From positions 1 through 61,080 of the IMG/VR virus record IMGVR_UViG_3300032219_001741: DNA of 61,080 nt; one strand, written 5' to 3'. This DNA is from a virus (taxonomy: Duplodnaviria > Caudoviricetes). Position 1 is the stretch's first letter, and each line of letters opens with the position of its first letter. The translations under genes were made by a program, and so were the position numbers. The notes under the pieces are model-generated. The model was given only the letters and a program-made list of their open reading frames with translations. It was not told where the DNA came from and made no database searches. Positions 37,254-45,489 of the stretch are shown piece by piece.

Positions 37254-37666
37254 TCGACCTCCTTGATTTTGTAATCGCCGTCCACGTTGAGGACGTTGAC
37301 CTGAAACGCCCGCGACTTGCCGACTATGGATTGTGTCCTCGGGTGCAAATCACGCTCCGAGCAATAGGCGTTCAGCCAGACCTCAAAATCGAGTTGCATT
37401 TGCTTGGCGGCTTCATCCGAGATCTCCCATCCGCCCTCGCCGAAAGTGGATTCGTAATGGTTTTCCTGAAGATGCTCCGCGATGTTTGGCGCGAAGTGGT
37501 GGGCGGAGTCGTCTGCAAAATCCGCTTCGTAGATCGTCAATTCAACCGGGAACGTAGGCTCGTCTTCCTCGTTGAGATCAAGGTAGATTTCCACGGCGAC
37601 CTCGACGGCTTCGTCAACCGATCCGTGATAATCCTCGTCGTTGTGTGAGTAGAGTTCGGTGCTCAT
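37250..37666 (-). CDS. Highly acidic protein
   Basis: About a quarter Asp/Glu by hand count; ATGA-coupled. Confidence 0.65.
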   Translation of the reverse strand: MSTELYSHNDEDYHGSVDEAVEVAVEIYLDLNEEDEPTFPVELTIYEADFADDSAHHFAPNIAEHLQENHYESTFGEGGWEISDEAAKQMQLDFEVWLNAYCSERDLHPRTQSIVGKSRAFQVNVLNVDGDYKIKEVE

Positions 37667-38067
37667 GCTTCGGTCTTCGGCGAGCCTCCCCACTCAGGAG
37701 CACACGATTGCCAAACCCATTTCGGGGCACCATGGCTCGAAACGGATGGCTTGGCGAGAAACGCCCCTGGCACTCGGTCGTCGGCGATCTTTACGATCCA
37801 TCCGTCTTTCGCGAGCGACGATATGATTGCTCCAATCCCGGCCTTGCAACCTTTCGATGGCGGCTTCAATCCCATCGGCTCAAGCTCGTCAATGTGCATG
37901 GTCGGATTATCCCGGAGGAATCCGATCACAAAACGGCGGGCGTAGGCTTGGTATGGATCGCCGTTGTTCGCGGCGGCCGTTTCCATGCCCGCTTTTGCGG
38001 CTTCCCGCGCGGCGGCCAGTGTCCAGAGGTCTTCGGGTTCTGTGTGTTTCGGTGGTGCAAGCGTCAT
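37663..38067 (-). CDS. Hypothetical (winged-helix-like) protein
   Basis: AREAAKAGMETAA...IGAIISSLAKDGWI...SHG...VW. Confidence 0.65.
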   Translation of the reverse strand: MTLAPPKHTEPEDLWTLAAAREAAKAGMETAAANNGDPYQAYARRFVIGFLRDNPTMHIDELEPMGLKPPSKGCKAGIGAIISSLAKDGWIVKIADDRVPGAFLAKPSVSSHGAPKWVWQSCAPEWGGSPKTEA

Positions 38068-38071
38068 GGCG

Positions 38072-38341
38072 TTAGATTGAGTTGAGTTCTTGGGTTAATG
38101 ACTGTAGCTGCTCTCGAAGATCGGATATGACGGCAAGCTCCACTGCGAGCCACGCAGCGTCAGACAGCCGGAAGCTCGCACCTTTCTGGCCGACATTCCA
38201 TTCTCGCAGTCCGCCCGGCTCGTTTGTCCGTTTGGCAAAAACCACGCGCTGCAAACTCACGTCGTCTGAGGCAACGACGCGCCCAAGCTGTTTGATTTTT
38301 TCGTGCAGGACTTTGGCACGCTCTAAGTCTTCAATGGTCAT
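38072..38341 (-). CDS. Hypothetical protein
   Basis: Helical ORF in operon. Confidence 0.6.
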   Translation of the reverse strand: MTIEDLERAKVLHEKIKQLGRVVASDDVSLQRVVFAKRTNEPGGLREWNVGQKGASFRLSDAAWLAVELAVISDLREQLQSLTQELNSI

Positions 38342-38607
38342 GATGCGAAAAGGGTGAAAAACTCCTCAATTGATTTGACTCGCGGCGTCTGATCCAGACA
38401 AATACCGCGCGAAAGGTCTCGGTTCTTGCGCTTCAGCTCCGCAACTTCAATAAGGGCCTCAAACCGCGCCACGTCTGCGGCAGCGGCGGCCCGCTCAAGC
38501 TGGCGGCACAACGTGACGGGGCGGAGGTGCAACGGAACTTCCGGGTGCTCCCAGGCGTCGGTGATTGGTGTGTCAGTCCCTGGGGTGTCGTGGATTTTCA
38601 GGATCAT
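38338..38607 (-). CDS. Hypothetical protein
   Basis: DTPITDA...LCRQLER motif of small phage proteins. Confidence 0.6.
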   Translation of the reverse strand: MILKIHDTPGTDTPITDAWEHPEVPLHLRPVTLCRQLERAAAAADVARFEALIEVAELKRKNRDLSRGICLDQTPRVKSIEEFFTLFAS

Positions 38608-38996
38608 GATGGGATTCCTTCCATGTGGTCGTTAAGCCAAGCCTCCGCCCGGCGTTTGGCCTCGTCGCGTCCGTAAATGTGGACCGCGAAGCTCTTGGTT
38701 TTGGTTACATCGGCAACGGGTAGTAGCGCACGCCAGAACTGCTTGCCGTTGATCGTTGAGAGGCGGACACGGGCCGTGCCGCCGGTTGGCTTCGATTCCT
38801 TCGCGGGCTTTTTGTTCTCGTCGCGCCACTTCCTTGCGGCTTTCAAAGCCCCGGACTTTCCGCCGTGCTTGCGGTCGGAGAAGAGCTTCGTTTGCAGGTC
38901 GCCCCGGGTTTGGAATCGGACGCGCCACCCGTGCGTGCGGGCGTCGTCGTTGTCGATCCGGGTGATGTGGCGGTAAGCCGCGCGAGGATCTTTCAT
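38604..38996 (-). CDS. Tandem AP2-domain DNA-binding protein
   Basis: HITRID...HGWRVR...KLFSDRKHGG...ALKAA and WRA...KSFAVHIYG..EAKRRA. Confidence 0.8.
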   Translation of the reverse strand: MKDPRAAYRHITRIDNDDARTHGWRVRFQTRGDLQTKLFSDRKHGGKSGALKAARKWRDENKKPAKESKPTGGTARVRLSTINGKQFWRALLPVADVTKTKSFAVHIYGRDEAKRRAEAWLNDHMEGIPS

Positions 38997-39030
38997 TGCT
39001 AAGATTGCTGCTAAGCTAGCGGTAAGGGGT

Positions 39031-39058
39031 GCCCGCCCCCTGGTTGAAAGGGGCGGGC
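39031..39058. terminator. Intergenic hairpin
   Basis: gcccgcccc-N10-ggggcgggc. Confidence 0.5.
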
Positions 39059-39063
39059 TAGGC

Positions 39064-39330
39064 TCACTGTGGTGTCCCGGCCTCTTGGACCGACAAAGTG
39101 GTTTCGGTTTGCAAAGCATGCAGCGCCTCATAGCACTCCACCAATGCCGTTTGTGCCGCGATGATTGCGGCGTCCTCGGCCAATTCTCTGGACGGGTGCG
39201 TCACCTGTGTCCCGCGAGTCAAAAAACAGGGGTGCCACAATCCCCAGCCATCCGGGAATCGTAGGACGCGCAACTCAAAAAACGCCGTGCGCAGGGTTGA
39301 GCATTCAGGATTGGTTCGGTTCCAGGTCAT
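39064..39330 (-). CDS. Hypothetical protein
   Basis: ORF in operon. Confidence 0.5.
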   Translation of the reverse strand: MTWNRTNPECSTLRTAFFELRVLRFPDGWGLWHPCFLTRGTQVTHPSRELAEDAAIIAAQTALVECYEALHALQTETTLSVQEAGTPQ

Positions 39331-39333
39331 GGC

Positions 39334-39555
39334 TCAGGCGGTTTCCATCATGCGAGCAACTGCCCGCTTTTCGTCCTCTTCGGACAAAATCCACGGCTCG
39401 CCGTCCATGGTTTCGGCGTCCGTGATCTCGACCGAGTCGCCTTGTCCTGGATATCCGGGATAGTCCCGGGGTTCGTCAAGGATCCCGGTGACAAGGACTT
39501 CGACGTTTTGGCCTTCGTGCTCAACGAAGATGGTTGTCTGGATGTCGGTTCTCAT
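39334..39555 (-). CDS. Small acidic hypothetical protein
   Basis: ATGA-coupled to the exonuclease. Confidence 0.6.
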   Translation of the reverse strand: MRTDIQTTIFVEHEGQNVEVLVTGILDEPRDYPGYPGQGDSVEITDAETMDGEPWILSEEDEKRAVARMMETA

Positions 39556-40217
39556 GCGGCGGAAAGTTCGGTTGCGGTGTTGGGTTGAGAATCTTTCCAT
39601 GCCGCGATCTCGGCGGCCATGGCTTGATCTAGTTCGGCGGAAAATTTCACGAGGGCGTCCCGAAGGTCGTCGGTGAATTCGGTTCTCTCCACAAGGATGC
39701 GCAGCGGCGCGAGGTCAGGATTCCAGCTTTGGAACCACCACCGGGTTGCGCCAGTTACAGCCATACTGCCGTGGATCTGGAGGAAATACTCTTCCGGCAG
39801 GACTCCTGCGCGTCTGTAGGCGATGTGCGTTGATGGCAGCGGCACTTTGGATTCAACGCCCGCGCCGCTTTCAAGAAGTCCATCCGGGGAGCACCCGAAC
39901 AAGCCCTTGATCGATTTGCAGAAGCCCACCGGAATCACCGTCTCGCCATGCCATGCTTCGAATGAGGCAATGGCTTGCGGCTCCAGGGCGGTTCCCCGGG
40001 CCATAGCGGGCGTCTCGTAGTTGGGCGGCGTCCAAAGTCCACCAGCCCCCGCAATGATGCGGCAAATGGCATTCTCGCGGGCTTTGACGCTGGTTTTGTC
40101 CGTCTTCAGGAGCCATGGCCCGAAGTCGCTCGCAGTCAAGAGCCCGGCCCGCAGCGCGTGCCACTCCGGGGAGCGTTGCTCGCAATAGCGAATCTCGCAG
40201 TCTGGGAAAGCCTCCAT
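39552..40217 (-). CDS. YqaJ/lambda-type exonuclease
   Basis: EQRSPEWHALRAGLLTAS, RGTALEP, GCSPDGL, ESKVP, YFLQIHGSM. Confidence 0.92.
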   Translation of the reverse strand: MEAFPDCEIRYCEQRSPEWHALRAGLLTASDFGPWLLKTDKTSVKARENAICRIIAGAGGLWTPPNYETPAMARGTALEPQAIASFEAWHGETVIPVGFCKSIKGLFGCSPDGLLESGAGVESKVPLPSTHIAYRRAGVLPEEYFLQIHGSMAVTGATRWWFQSWNPDLAPLRILVERTEFTDDLRDALVKFSAELDQAMAAEIAAWKDSQPNTATELSAA

Positions 40218-40218
40218 A

Positions 40219-40998
40219 TCAGGCGAGCGGGTCGGTGTTGATGTTGGCGACGGCCACGGCCCACTTGTCGGGGGCCAGGAGCGCAGCAAGGTGAGCCTCT
40301 GGAAGATCTTGCCACTTCGTGAACCGAATCTTCAGGGAGTCCTTGTATCGGGGCGCCAACTCAAGATTGAGTTGCGCGTCCGTGATGTCGTCGGACTGCA
40401 TCGCGTCCATGATCCGTTTGTGAAGTTCCTCACGCGGGGACGGGGCGGGCTCGGTCTTGGCCCGATCCCACGGGTTGCTTTGCGGGAGCGCGGGAGCCTC
40501 TGGCTGGCGTTTCTTGCGCGGACCTGGATCTCCGGCGTCCTCCAACTCCGATTCATCCAGGAACCCGAGCCCGCAAATGGACAGGGTAGCCCGACGCTTC
40601 GATTTGGTGTCGCATTTCATCATTGCAATCGCCAACGCTTCGCCTTTCAGGTTTGCGGTCGGGACGGCAGCAAGAGCCTGATCTGTCCGCCCGTCCGGCA
40701 TCGCGACGTGCGTGATGACGGTGAGGAGGTCGCCCATCTGCTGGCGCTCCACTTTCGTGACGCTGACACCGTGGAGCTTTCGAAGTTGATCCGTCGCGTC
40801 GCGTCGAGCGTAAAGCGTGAGCTTGCCGTTCAGGATGATGTAATCAAACGGCCGAGTCAGCGGGTTGAGACCGGTGGACCGGCAGACGGCACGAACGTAT
40901 TCGACGCGCTGCGCTGGGTTGAGGGCGCTGAGATCGCCGACGACAAGCGCCTGCTCAACCGGGTCGCTCACTTTAATTTCGGCGAGTTCCGTGCTCAT
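40219..40998 (-). CDS. Single-strand annealing recombinase (Bet/RecT-like)
   Basis: CRSTGLNPLTRPF, MMKCDTKSKRRA, GFLDESE; adjacent to the exonuclease. Confidence 0.75.
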   Translation of the reverse strand: MSTELAEIKVSDPVEQALVVGDLSALNPAQRVEYVRAVCRSTGLNPLTRPFDYIILNGKLTLYARRDATDQLRKLHGVSVTKVERQQMGDLLTVITHVAMPDGRTDQALAAVPTANLKGEALAIAMMKCDTKSKRRATLSICGLGFLDESELEDAGDPGPRKKRQPEAPALPQSNPWDRAKTEPAPSPREELHKRIMDAMQSDDITDAQLNLELAPRYKDSLKIRFTKWQDLPEAHLAALLAPDKWAVAVANINTDPLA

Positions 40999-41276
40999 GA
41001 TGCCAGCGCCTCCGCCGCCTTTGCTGCTTCCCGGGATGCGAACTGCTCCCAGGACGCACAAACTTCCTCTTTGCCCTCTGACTTGCCTTTGGCGTAGGCC
41101 CATGCGCAGAGCTTTTCAGCCAGCTTGGCTACTTGATCCGGGATCGAGCCGTTGGCTGGCATCGTCGCGAGGACTTCGGACCCGCCGGACATAGCGCGGA
41201 GGTCTCCAAAGTCGTCCTCTGATATGTTCCAGACCGCGTCTCCGATTTGGAACTGGTTGGGAGTAAGATTACTCAT
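40995..41276 (-). CDS. Hypothetical protein
   Basis: Coupled ORF. Confidence 0.55.
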   Translation of the reverse strand: MSNLTPNQFQIGDAVWNISEDDFGDLRAMSGGSEVLATMPANGSIPDQVAKLAEKLCAWAYAKGKSEGKEEVCASWEQFASREAAKAAEALAS

Positions 41277-41502
41277 GGGGATACGGGACGTTGGACTTGT
41301 AGGCTTTGAGGGCGTTGGCCAGCGACTCGTTTGAGCCAAAGTCCCGGATGTTGTTGCGAAGGTCGGCCTCGGACATCCAGAGTTCCTCGGTGTCGCCGGC
41401 CGGCCAGGTGACTTTGACTCTTGCCGCTTCGACACCTCGCGCTTTACGTCGCGGGTTGTAACGGACAAGCGTGAACGTCGGCGTTTGGTTTTCCATCTTC
41501 AT
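41269..41502 (-). CDS. Hypothetical protein
   Basis: LWMSEADLRNNIRDFG; coupled ORF. Confidence 0.6.
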   Translation of the reverse strand: MKMENQTPTFTLVRYNPRRKARGVEAARVKVTWPAGDTEELWMSEADLRNNIRDFGSNESLANALKAYKSNVPYPHE

Positions 41503-41681
41503 GCTGCCATCCTTTCTTCCATCTCAGCCATGACAGCCTCGACCACGAGCGGGTCGTTTTCGGAGAGCGTTTCCGCGAGAGCCTCGCAAAACGTGAAGTA
41601 GGAGTCCGGCGGGACAAAGTCCCCGGTAGTGACGGTTGACCCGTCAACGAGCTTAATGATTTCAAGCTTGGTTTTTTTCAT
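41499..41681 (-). CDS. Hypothetical protein
   Basis: Coupled ORF. Confidence 0.55.
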   Translation of the reverse strand: MKKTKLEIIKLVDGSTVTTGDFVPPDSYFTFCEALAETLSENDPLVVEAVMAEMEERMAA

Positions 41682-41682
41682 C

Positions 41683-41937
41683 TTACCGGAGTTCGTTTAG
41701 GCTCGCAGCGGTGGAATGAATGCAGGTCTCTACAGCAGCGGACCAGCAGGCCCGACCAAGATCCTGAATCATGAGGGCGACTGTCTCTTGGGCGACCTCC
41801 GGCCCGGTTGCGTGAGGGTAGGACCACGTTCCGGGGCGGCCCTCCATGGTGACGGTGAGGGCGTTTTCCGTCGATCGGACGGTGAAGACGCGTTGCGACC
41901 CTTTCGGGCCAATGGCTACCTTGGTTTCAACTGGCAT
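41683..41937 (-). CDS. Hypothetical protein, first gene of leftward early operon
   Basis: TTGCAC/TAAATA-like elements just upstream. Confidence 0.55.
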   Translation of the reverse strand: MPVETKVAIGPKGSQRVFTVRSTENALTVTMEGRPGTWSYPHATGPEVAQETVALMIQDLGRACWSAAVETCIHSTAASLNELR

Positions 41938-42019
41938 GATGTCTATTTACTGCACTCCAGTAATTGTGCAAGTGCAATTGTTTCGCTTGCTCAGTAATTT
42001 TTCGATGGCATATTGCGCC
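41938..42019. promoter_or_regulatory. AT-rich divergent promoter/operator region
   Basis: tgcac..gtgca inverted repeat 41951-41970, cagtaatt twice (41958, 41992), -35/-10-like hexamers in both directions. Confidence 0.65.
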
Positions 42020-42301
42020 ATGCCCCTAATGGAGCAAGAACTGCCGAAACAATGCCGCATGCCCCTTGAATGGGTGGAAATTGTCCACCTACGCCGCGCC
42101 GTGCGCTATCGTTGCCCGCTTGCAGTAAAAGCCCTGATGGCGGTGCGCGTGAAAGGCGCGAAAAAGCTGGGTGCGGATGGCGTTGCGGAGGCGCTGGCCG
42201 TGTCGCCGAAGACAATCTACGATTGGTCGTGGGGCAAGAACATCCGGCTCGCCGACTTCCTGGCGCTGTGCCGGTTGTGGAACGAGCATCACGAGGGTTG
42301 A
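42020..42301 (+). CDS. Cro/CI-like HTH regulator
   Basis: ADGVAEALAVSPKTIYDWSWGKNIRLADFLALC. Confidence 0.7.
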   Translation: MPLMEQELPKQCRMPLEWVEIVHLRRAVRYRCPLAVKALMAVRVKGAKKLGADGVAEALAVSPKTIYDWSWGKNIRLADFLALCRLWNEHHEG

Positions 42302-42305
42302 TCGC

Positions 42306-42947
42306 ATGGCCGAGGCTCCCGTCGCCATCCATCAAGTTGCGACTCCGGGCGGTGGTTTAATCGTCGTCTTGCCGGGGCCAGCGGCGCGGGCGGCGGGGAT
42401 ATTCCCGGACTCGACGGGCCTCTACCTCGTGACGGATCAGGGAGGCGTGAACCTTGAGGAATGCAGCGATCCCGACGCCGCGCGAGACTTTGCCAACGCC
42501 ATTGCGGAAGGTTCCCGAATGTGGGGACGGCGACGCGTGGCCGACAAGGGCTTCATTCGAGACCCGGCGCGACGCCATGAGGACGTGTTGGCCGCAATTG
42601 ATCGGCGCATCTCACCCGACAATTTGGCCGACGTGATCCACGGCCTGATGCACGCCAAGAAGATGGTGACCGTCGCCGGGGCCGCCATGGAGGTCGAGGA
42701 CAACGCCGCTCGCAAAGCCGGGGCCGAAATGTATCTCGCGAATTTTGTCGGCACCCCGACACCGCGCACCCCGATCGAGGGCGAGACGAAGCAGACGCTC
42801 GGCCTCAACGAACTACTGGATCAGCCCGCCGTTCGCGACTTGCTCCTAATGCGCCTGTTAGAATACCCCGGCGCCCTTGATTCTGTGTTGGCGAAACTTT
42901 CGGCCATGGGCATCGCCGGAAGTTCTGGAAATTCCAGCAACGCCTGA
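42306..42947 (+). CDS. Hypothetical protein (possible terminase small subunit-like)
   Basis: ISPDNLADVIHGLMHA...EDNAARKAGAEMYL helical pattern; weak call. Confidence 0.45.
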   Translation: MAEAPVAIHQVATPGGGLIVVLPGPAARAAGIFPDSTGLYLVTDQGGVNLEECSDPDAARDFANAIAEGSRMWGRRRVADKGFIRDPARRHEDVLAAIDRRISPDNLADVIHGLMHAKKMVTVAGAAMEVEDNAARKAGAEMYLANFVGTPTPRTPIEGETKQTLGLNELLDQPAVRDLLLMRLLEYPGALDSVLAKLSAMGIAGSSGNSSNA

Positions 42948-42958
42948 TTCTTTCAGCG

Positions 42959-43091
42959 TTGACAAAGCCGTCGACTGGAATCAGGTTGAGCCTCGCCGCG
43001 TAGGTTCCCTGTCAGGAATCCGGCAGTCGAAAACCAAAACAAAAAGGCCCCCGTGCGCGTCCGTGACGGGACATTTGCGCAAGCGGGGGCC
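42959..43091 (+). ncRNA. Candidate structured leader RNA behind a TTGACA promoter
   Basis: TTGACA-N17-CAGGTT followed by two hairpins with complementary loops. Confidence 0.4.
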
Positions 43092-43099
43092 TCCGAAGT

Positions 43100-43414
43100 A
43101 TGCAAGCAACTAAACGACATCCCGGCGATGTCAATGGCGGATTCACGATTGAAGACCCGCTTTTGTTTCTTCTCCCCGAGTCACCGTCTCCTCGGCTGGC
43201 TTGGTATCGGACCCACCGAATCCGCGTCGGTGAGGGCAAATGCGGCGGCATCGAAGCTCTTGGCAGTTTTGCCAGAAAAACGGAACCGGGGTTTGTCGCG
43301 ATGAGCGCCCACGGTCGAGACGAAGACGAGGCGGTCACGAAACTGGCGAAAAAGGCCGGGGTGCGGCTTTGGTTCGAGGAAGAGTTCGCGGCGAAGGGAG
43401 GACTGGAAGCATGA
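43100..43414 (+). CDS. Hypothetical protein
   Basis: ESPSPRLAW...GRDEDEAVTKLAKKAGVRLW. Confidence 0.6.
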   Translation: MQATKRHPGDVNGGFTIEDPLLFLLPESPSPRLAWYRTHRIRVGEGKCGGIEALGSFARKTEPGFVAMSAHGRDEDEAVTKLAKKAGVRLWFEEEFAAKGGLEA

Positions 43415-43623
43415 ACCAGGTCACGGCAATGATCGGCATCACCGCCCTGGTGATCGCGTGGAGGATTATCCAGTGGATCCGGCGTGAGCAACACCGCGCG
43501 ATCCCATTCACGGCCGCAGACGAGGAACGGCTCTACCTTGAGTCGATCGGGGCCAACTGCCGCGCGAAATACCGACCCTGTGATGGCTGTCAGAACGGGT
43601 GCGGGTGCTACGGGGAAGAATAA
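43411..43623 (+). CDS. Small membrane-anchored Cys-rich protein
   Basis: N-terminal TM segment, CDGCQNGCGC. Confidence 0.55.
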   Translation: MNQVTAMIGITALVIAWRIIQWIRREQHRAIPFTAADEERLYLESIGANCRAKYRPCDGCQNGCGCYGEE

Positions 43624-43624
43624 C

Positions 43625-43948
43625 ATGGAAATTACCACTGAAATGCCGCCGCCTGAAATCATTGAGGCCGCCTACAGCGTCGGCAACTGGATGGAATCGC
43701 AACCCTGCACCGATTGGGAGATTGGGCCGGTTGTGTCACGGGGATGGTTCGCAAAAGTTGAGGCCGAACGCGACAAGCTCCGGGAGATTAACGCAAACGG
43801 AGCCCTGGCGTGGGACTTGTTGCAATCGCAACTGGCGGCGACGCAAGCCGAACTAAAGGAAGCCCGCGCCCTTGCGGAGCACAACGCACAAGCCCTGGCC
43901 CGCGCCTTGATTGAGCTTCGCCGCGAACAGCCGGAGGCCGACCTATGA
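43625..43948 (+). CDS. Coiled-coil hypothetical protein
   Basis: Coupled ORF. Confidence 0.6.
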   Translation: MEITTEMPPPEIIEAAYSVGNWMESQPCTDWEIGPVVSRGWFAKVEAERDKLREINANGALAWDLLQSQLAATQAELKEARALAEHNAQALARALIELRREQPEADL

Positions 43949-44148
43949 CGGCCCACTACTGCCCCTCATGCCTCGTTGCGTGGCAGGAACACCAATGTCT
44001 CGCCACAACATGCGCCGAACTGAAAGCCTCGCGCCAAGAGGCCGTGGAGCTTCGAGAAAAGGTCGTAGAACTCCGCGCGTTGGTCGATCAACTCACCTCC
44101 GCGATCGAGGCAAATCCTGAAGTGATGGCGTGGGAGGGTGAATTTTGA
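43945..44148 (+). CDS. Small Zn-binding/coiled-coil protein
   Basis: CPSC...H.C...C. Confidence 0.6.
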   Translation: MTAHYCPSCLVAWQEHQCLATTCAELKASRQEAVELREKVVELRALVDQLTSAIEANPEVMAWEGEF

Positions 44149-44915
44149 AGACCATCGTCATGTTTTCCAGCGGTATCGGATCATGGGCTGCCGCAAAACG
44201 TCGCGCGGAGACGCACGGGACCGATGGGATGGTCCTGCTTTTCGCCGACACTTTGATTGAGGACGAGGACAACTACCGGTTTTTGCATGAGGCGGCGGCG
44301 AACATTGGTGCGCCTCTGGAAATCATCAAAGACGGGCGGACTCCGTGGGAGGTGATGCGCAAGAATCGGATCATCGGGAATTCGTCAATCGACCCATGCT
44401 CTGCCGTGCTGAAACGCAAACTGCTCGACAAGTGGCGCGACGCCAACGGATCGCCAGAGACCACGACCGTCATCCTCGGGATTTCATGGGACGAACACCA
44501 CCGACTTGAACGAGTCCAGGGTCGTGTGGTACCGTGGCGCTACGAGGCTCCTCTCTGCGAAGCGCCCTACCTCACTAAAAGGGATCTGCTCGCCTGGGCG
44601 AAGCGCGAGGGATTGAAACCACCGAGGCTCTACGACTTTGGGTTCCCTCACGCGAATTGCGGAGGCTTTTGCATCAAAGCGGGTCAAGCTCAATTCGCCC
44701 TGCTACTCCGCACATTCCCCGAACGCTACGCCGAGCACGAACGCGAGGAGGAATCCATGCGCAATCTCGTCGGCGACCACTCCATCATGAGCGACCGGAG
44801 CGGCGACGGGCAGAAGAAGGTTTTGACCATGCGGATGCTTCGCGAACGGATCGAAGCGCAACAACCAATCGATGAATTTGAATGGGGCGGCTGCGGCTGC
44901 GCCCTCCCACTATGA
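44145..44915 (+). CDS. PAPS-reductase-like (PP-loop) protein
   Basis: FSSGIGSW variant PP-loop, FADTLIEDED, CSAVLK, GFPHANCGGFC, terminal GCGC. Confidence 0.8.
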   Translation: MKTIVMFSSGIGSWAAAKRRAETHGTDGMVLLFADTLIEDEDNYRFLHEAAANIGAPLEIIKDGRTPWEVMRKNRIIGNSSIDPCSAVLKRKLLDKWRDANGSPETTTVILGISWDEHHRLERVQGRVVPWRYEAPLCEAPYLTKRDLLAWAKREGLKPPRLYDFGFPHANCGGFCIKAGQAQFALLLRTFPERYAEHEREEESMRNLVGDHSIMSDRSGDGQKKVLTMRMLRERIEAQQPIDEFEWGGCGCALPL

Positions 44916-45022
44916 ACTGCCCACTATGAACTGCCCACTATGAACTGCCCACTATGAACTGCCCACTATGAACTGCCCACTATGAACTGCCCACTATGAA
45001 CTGCCCACTATGAACTGCCCAC
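44906..45022 (+). repeat. Tandem repeat, 8 x 14 bp (cccactatgaactg) plus 5 bp
   Basis: Read directly; ATG recurs at 44912, 44926 ... 45010. Confidence 0.95.
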
Positions 45023-45243
45023 GATGCTCCCGCCCGATTGAGGCGAACGAACTCACATGGCCCTCCGCGAAAGGGGCAGGCACCTACGACATCTGCCAGG
45101 ACTGCTGGGAGGACCAGTGCGACCGTGAGTGGTGGTTGCGCCTCAATTTGCAAGACGTCCTCGAAGAGGCCGGGAAATCCGACGCAGAGGCCACGGAGCG
45201 GCTTCAGTCCATCATGGACGCGTGGGCCGACAAACATTTGTGA
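45010..45243 (+). CDS. Small Zn-finger protein
   Basis: CPRC...ICQDCWE. Confidence 0.65.
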   Translation: MNCPRCSRPIEANELTWPSAKGAGTYDICQDCWEDQCDREWWLRLNLQDVLEEAGKSDAEATERLQSIMDAWADKHL

Positions 45244-45327
45244 CGCAACGCCGCGAAGTTTATCAAATTCCTACCCTTTGTGAAAACACTTGCGCCCCGT
45301 TTGTTGTCATGCAAGACTGACATGCAC

Positions 45328-45373
45328 AAAAAACCCGGCGCAGGATTCGTAGTCCATATACGCCGGGTCTTTT
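45328..45373. terminator. Bidirectional terminator-like hairpin
   Basis: aaaaaa-cccggcg-N20-cgccggg-tctttt. Confidence 0.65.
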
Positions 45374-45489
45374 GAAGTTCCTATGAAAGCTTTAGCACAC
45401 CCACCGGGTGCGGTCAACCGCACGTTTGCGCCTTTTCATCAAGCTTGGCCCTTTGCCTCGCTCCTGTCTGATACCTTGGGGGTGCGTCC

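Noticed and set aside
44906-45022. CRISPR array
   Set aside because: Units are 14 bp, contiguous, with no spacers; no cas genes
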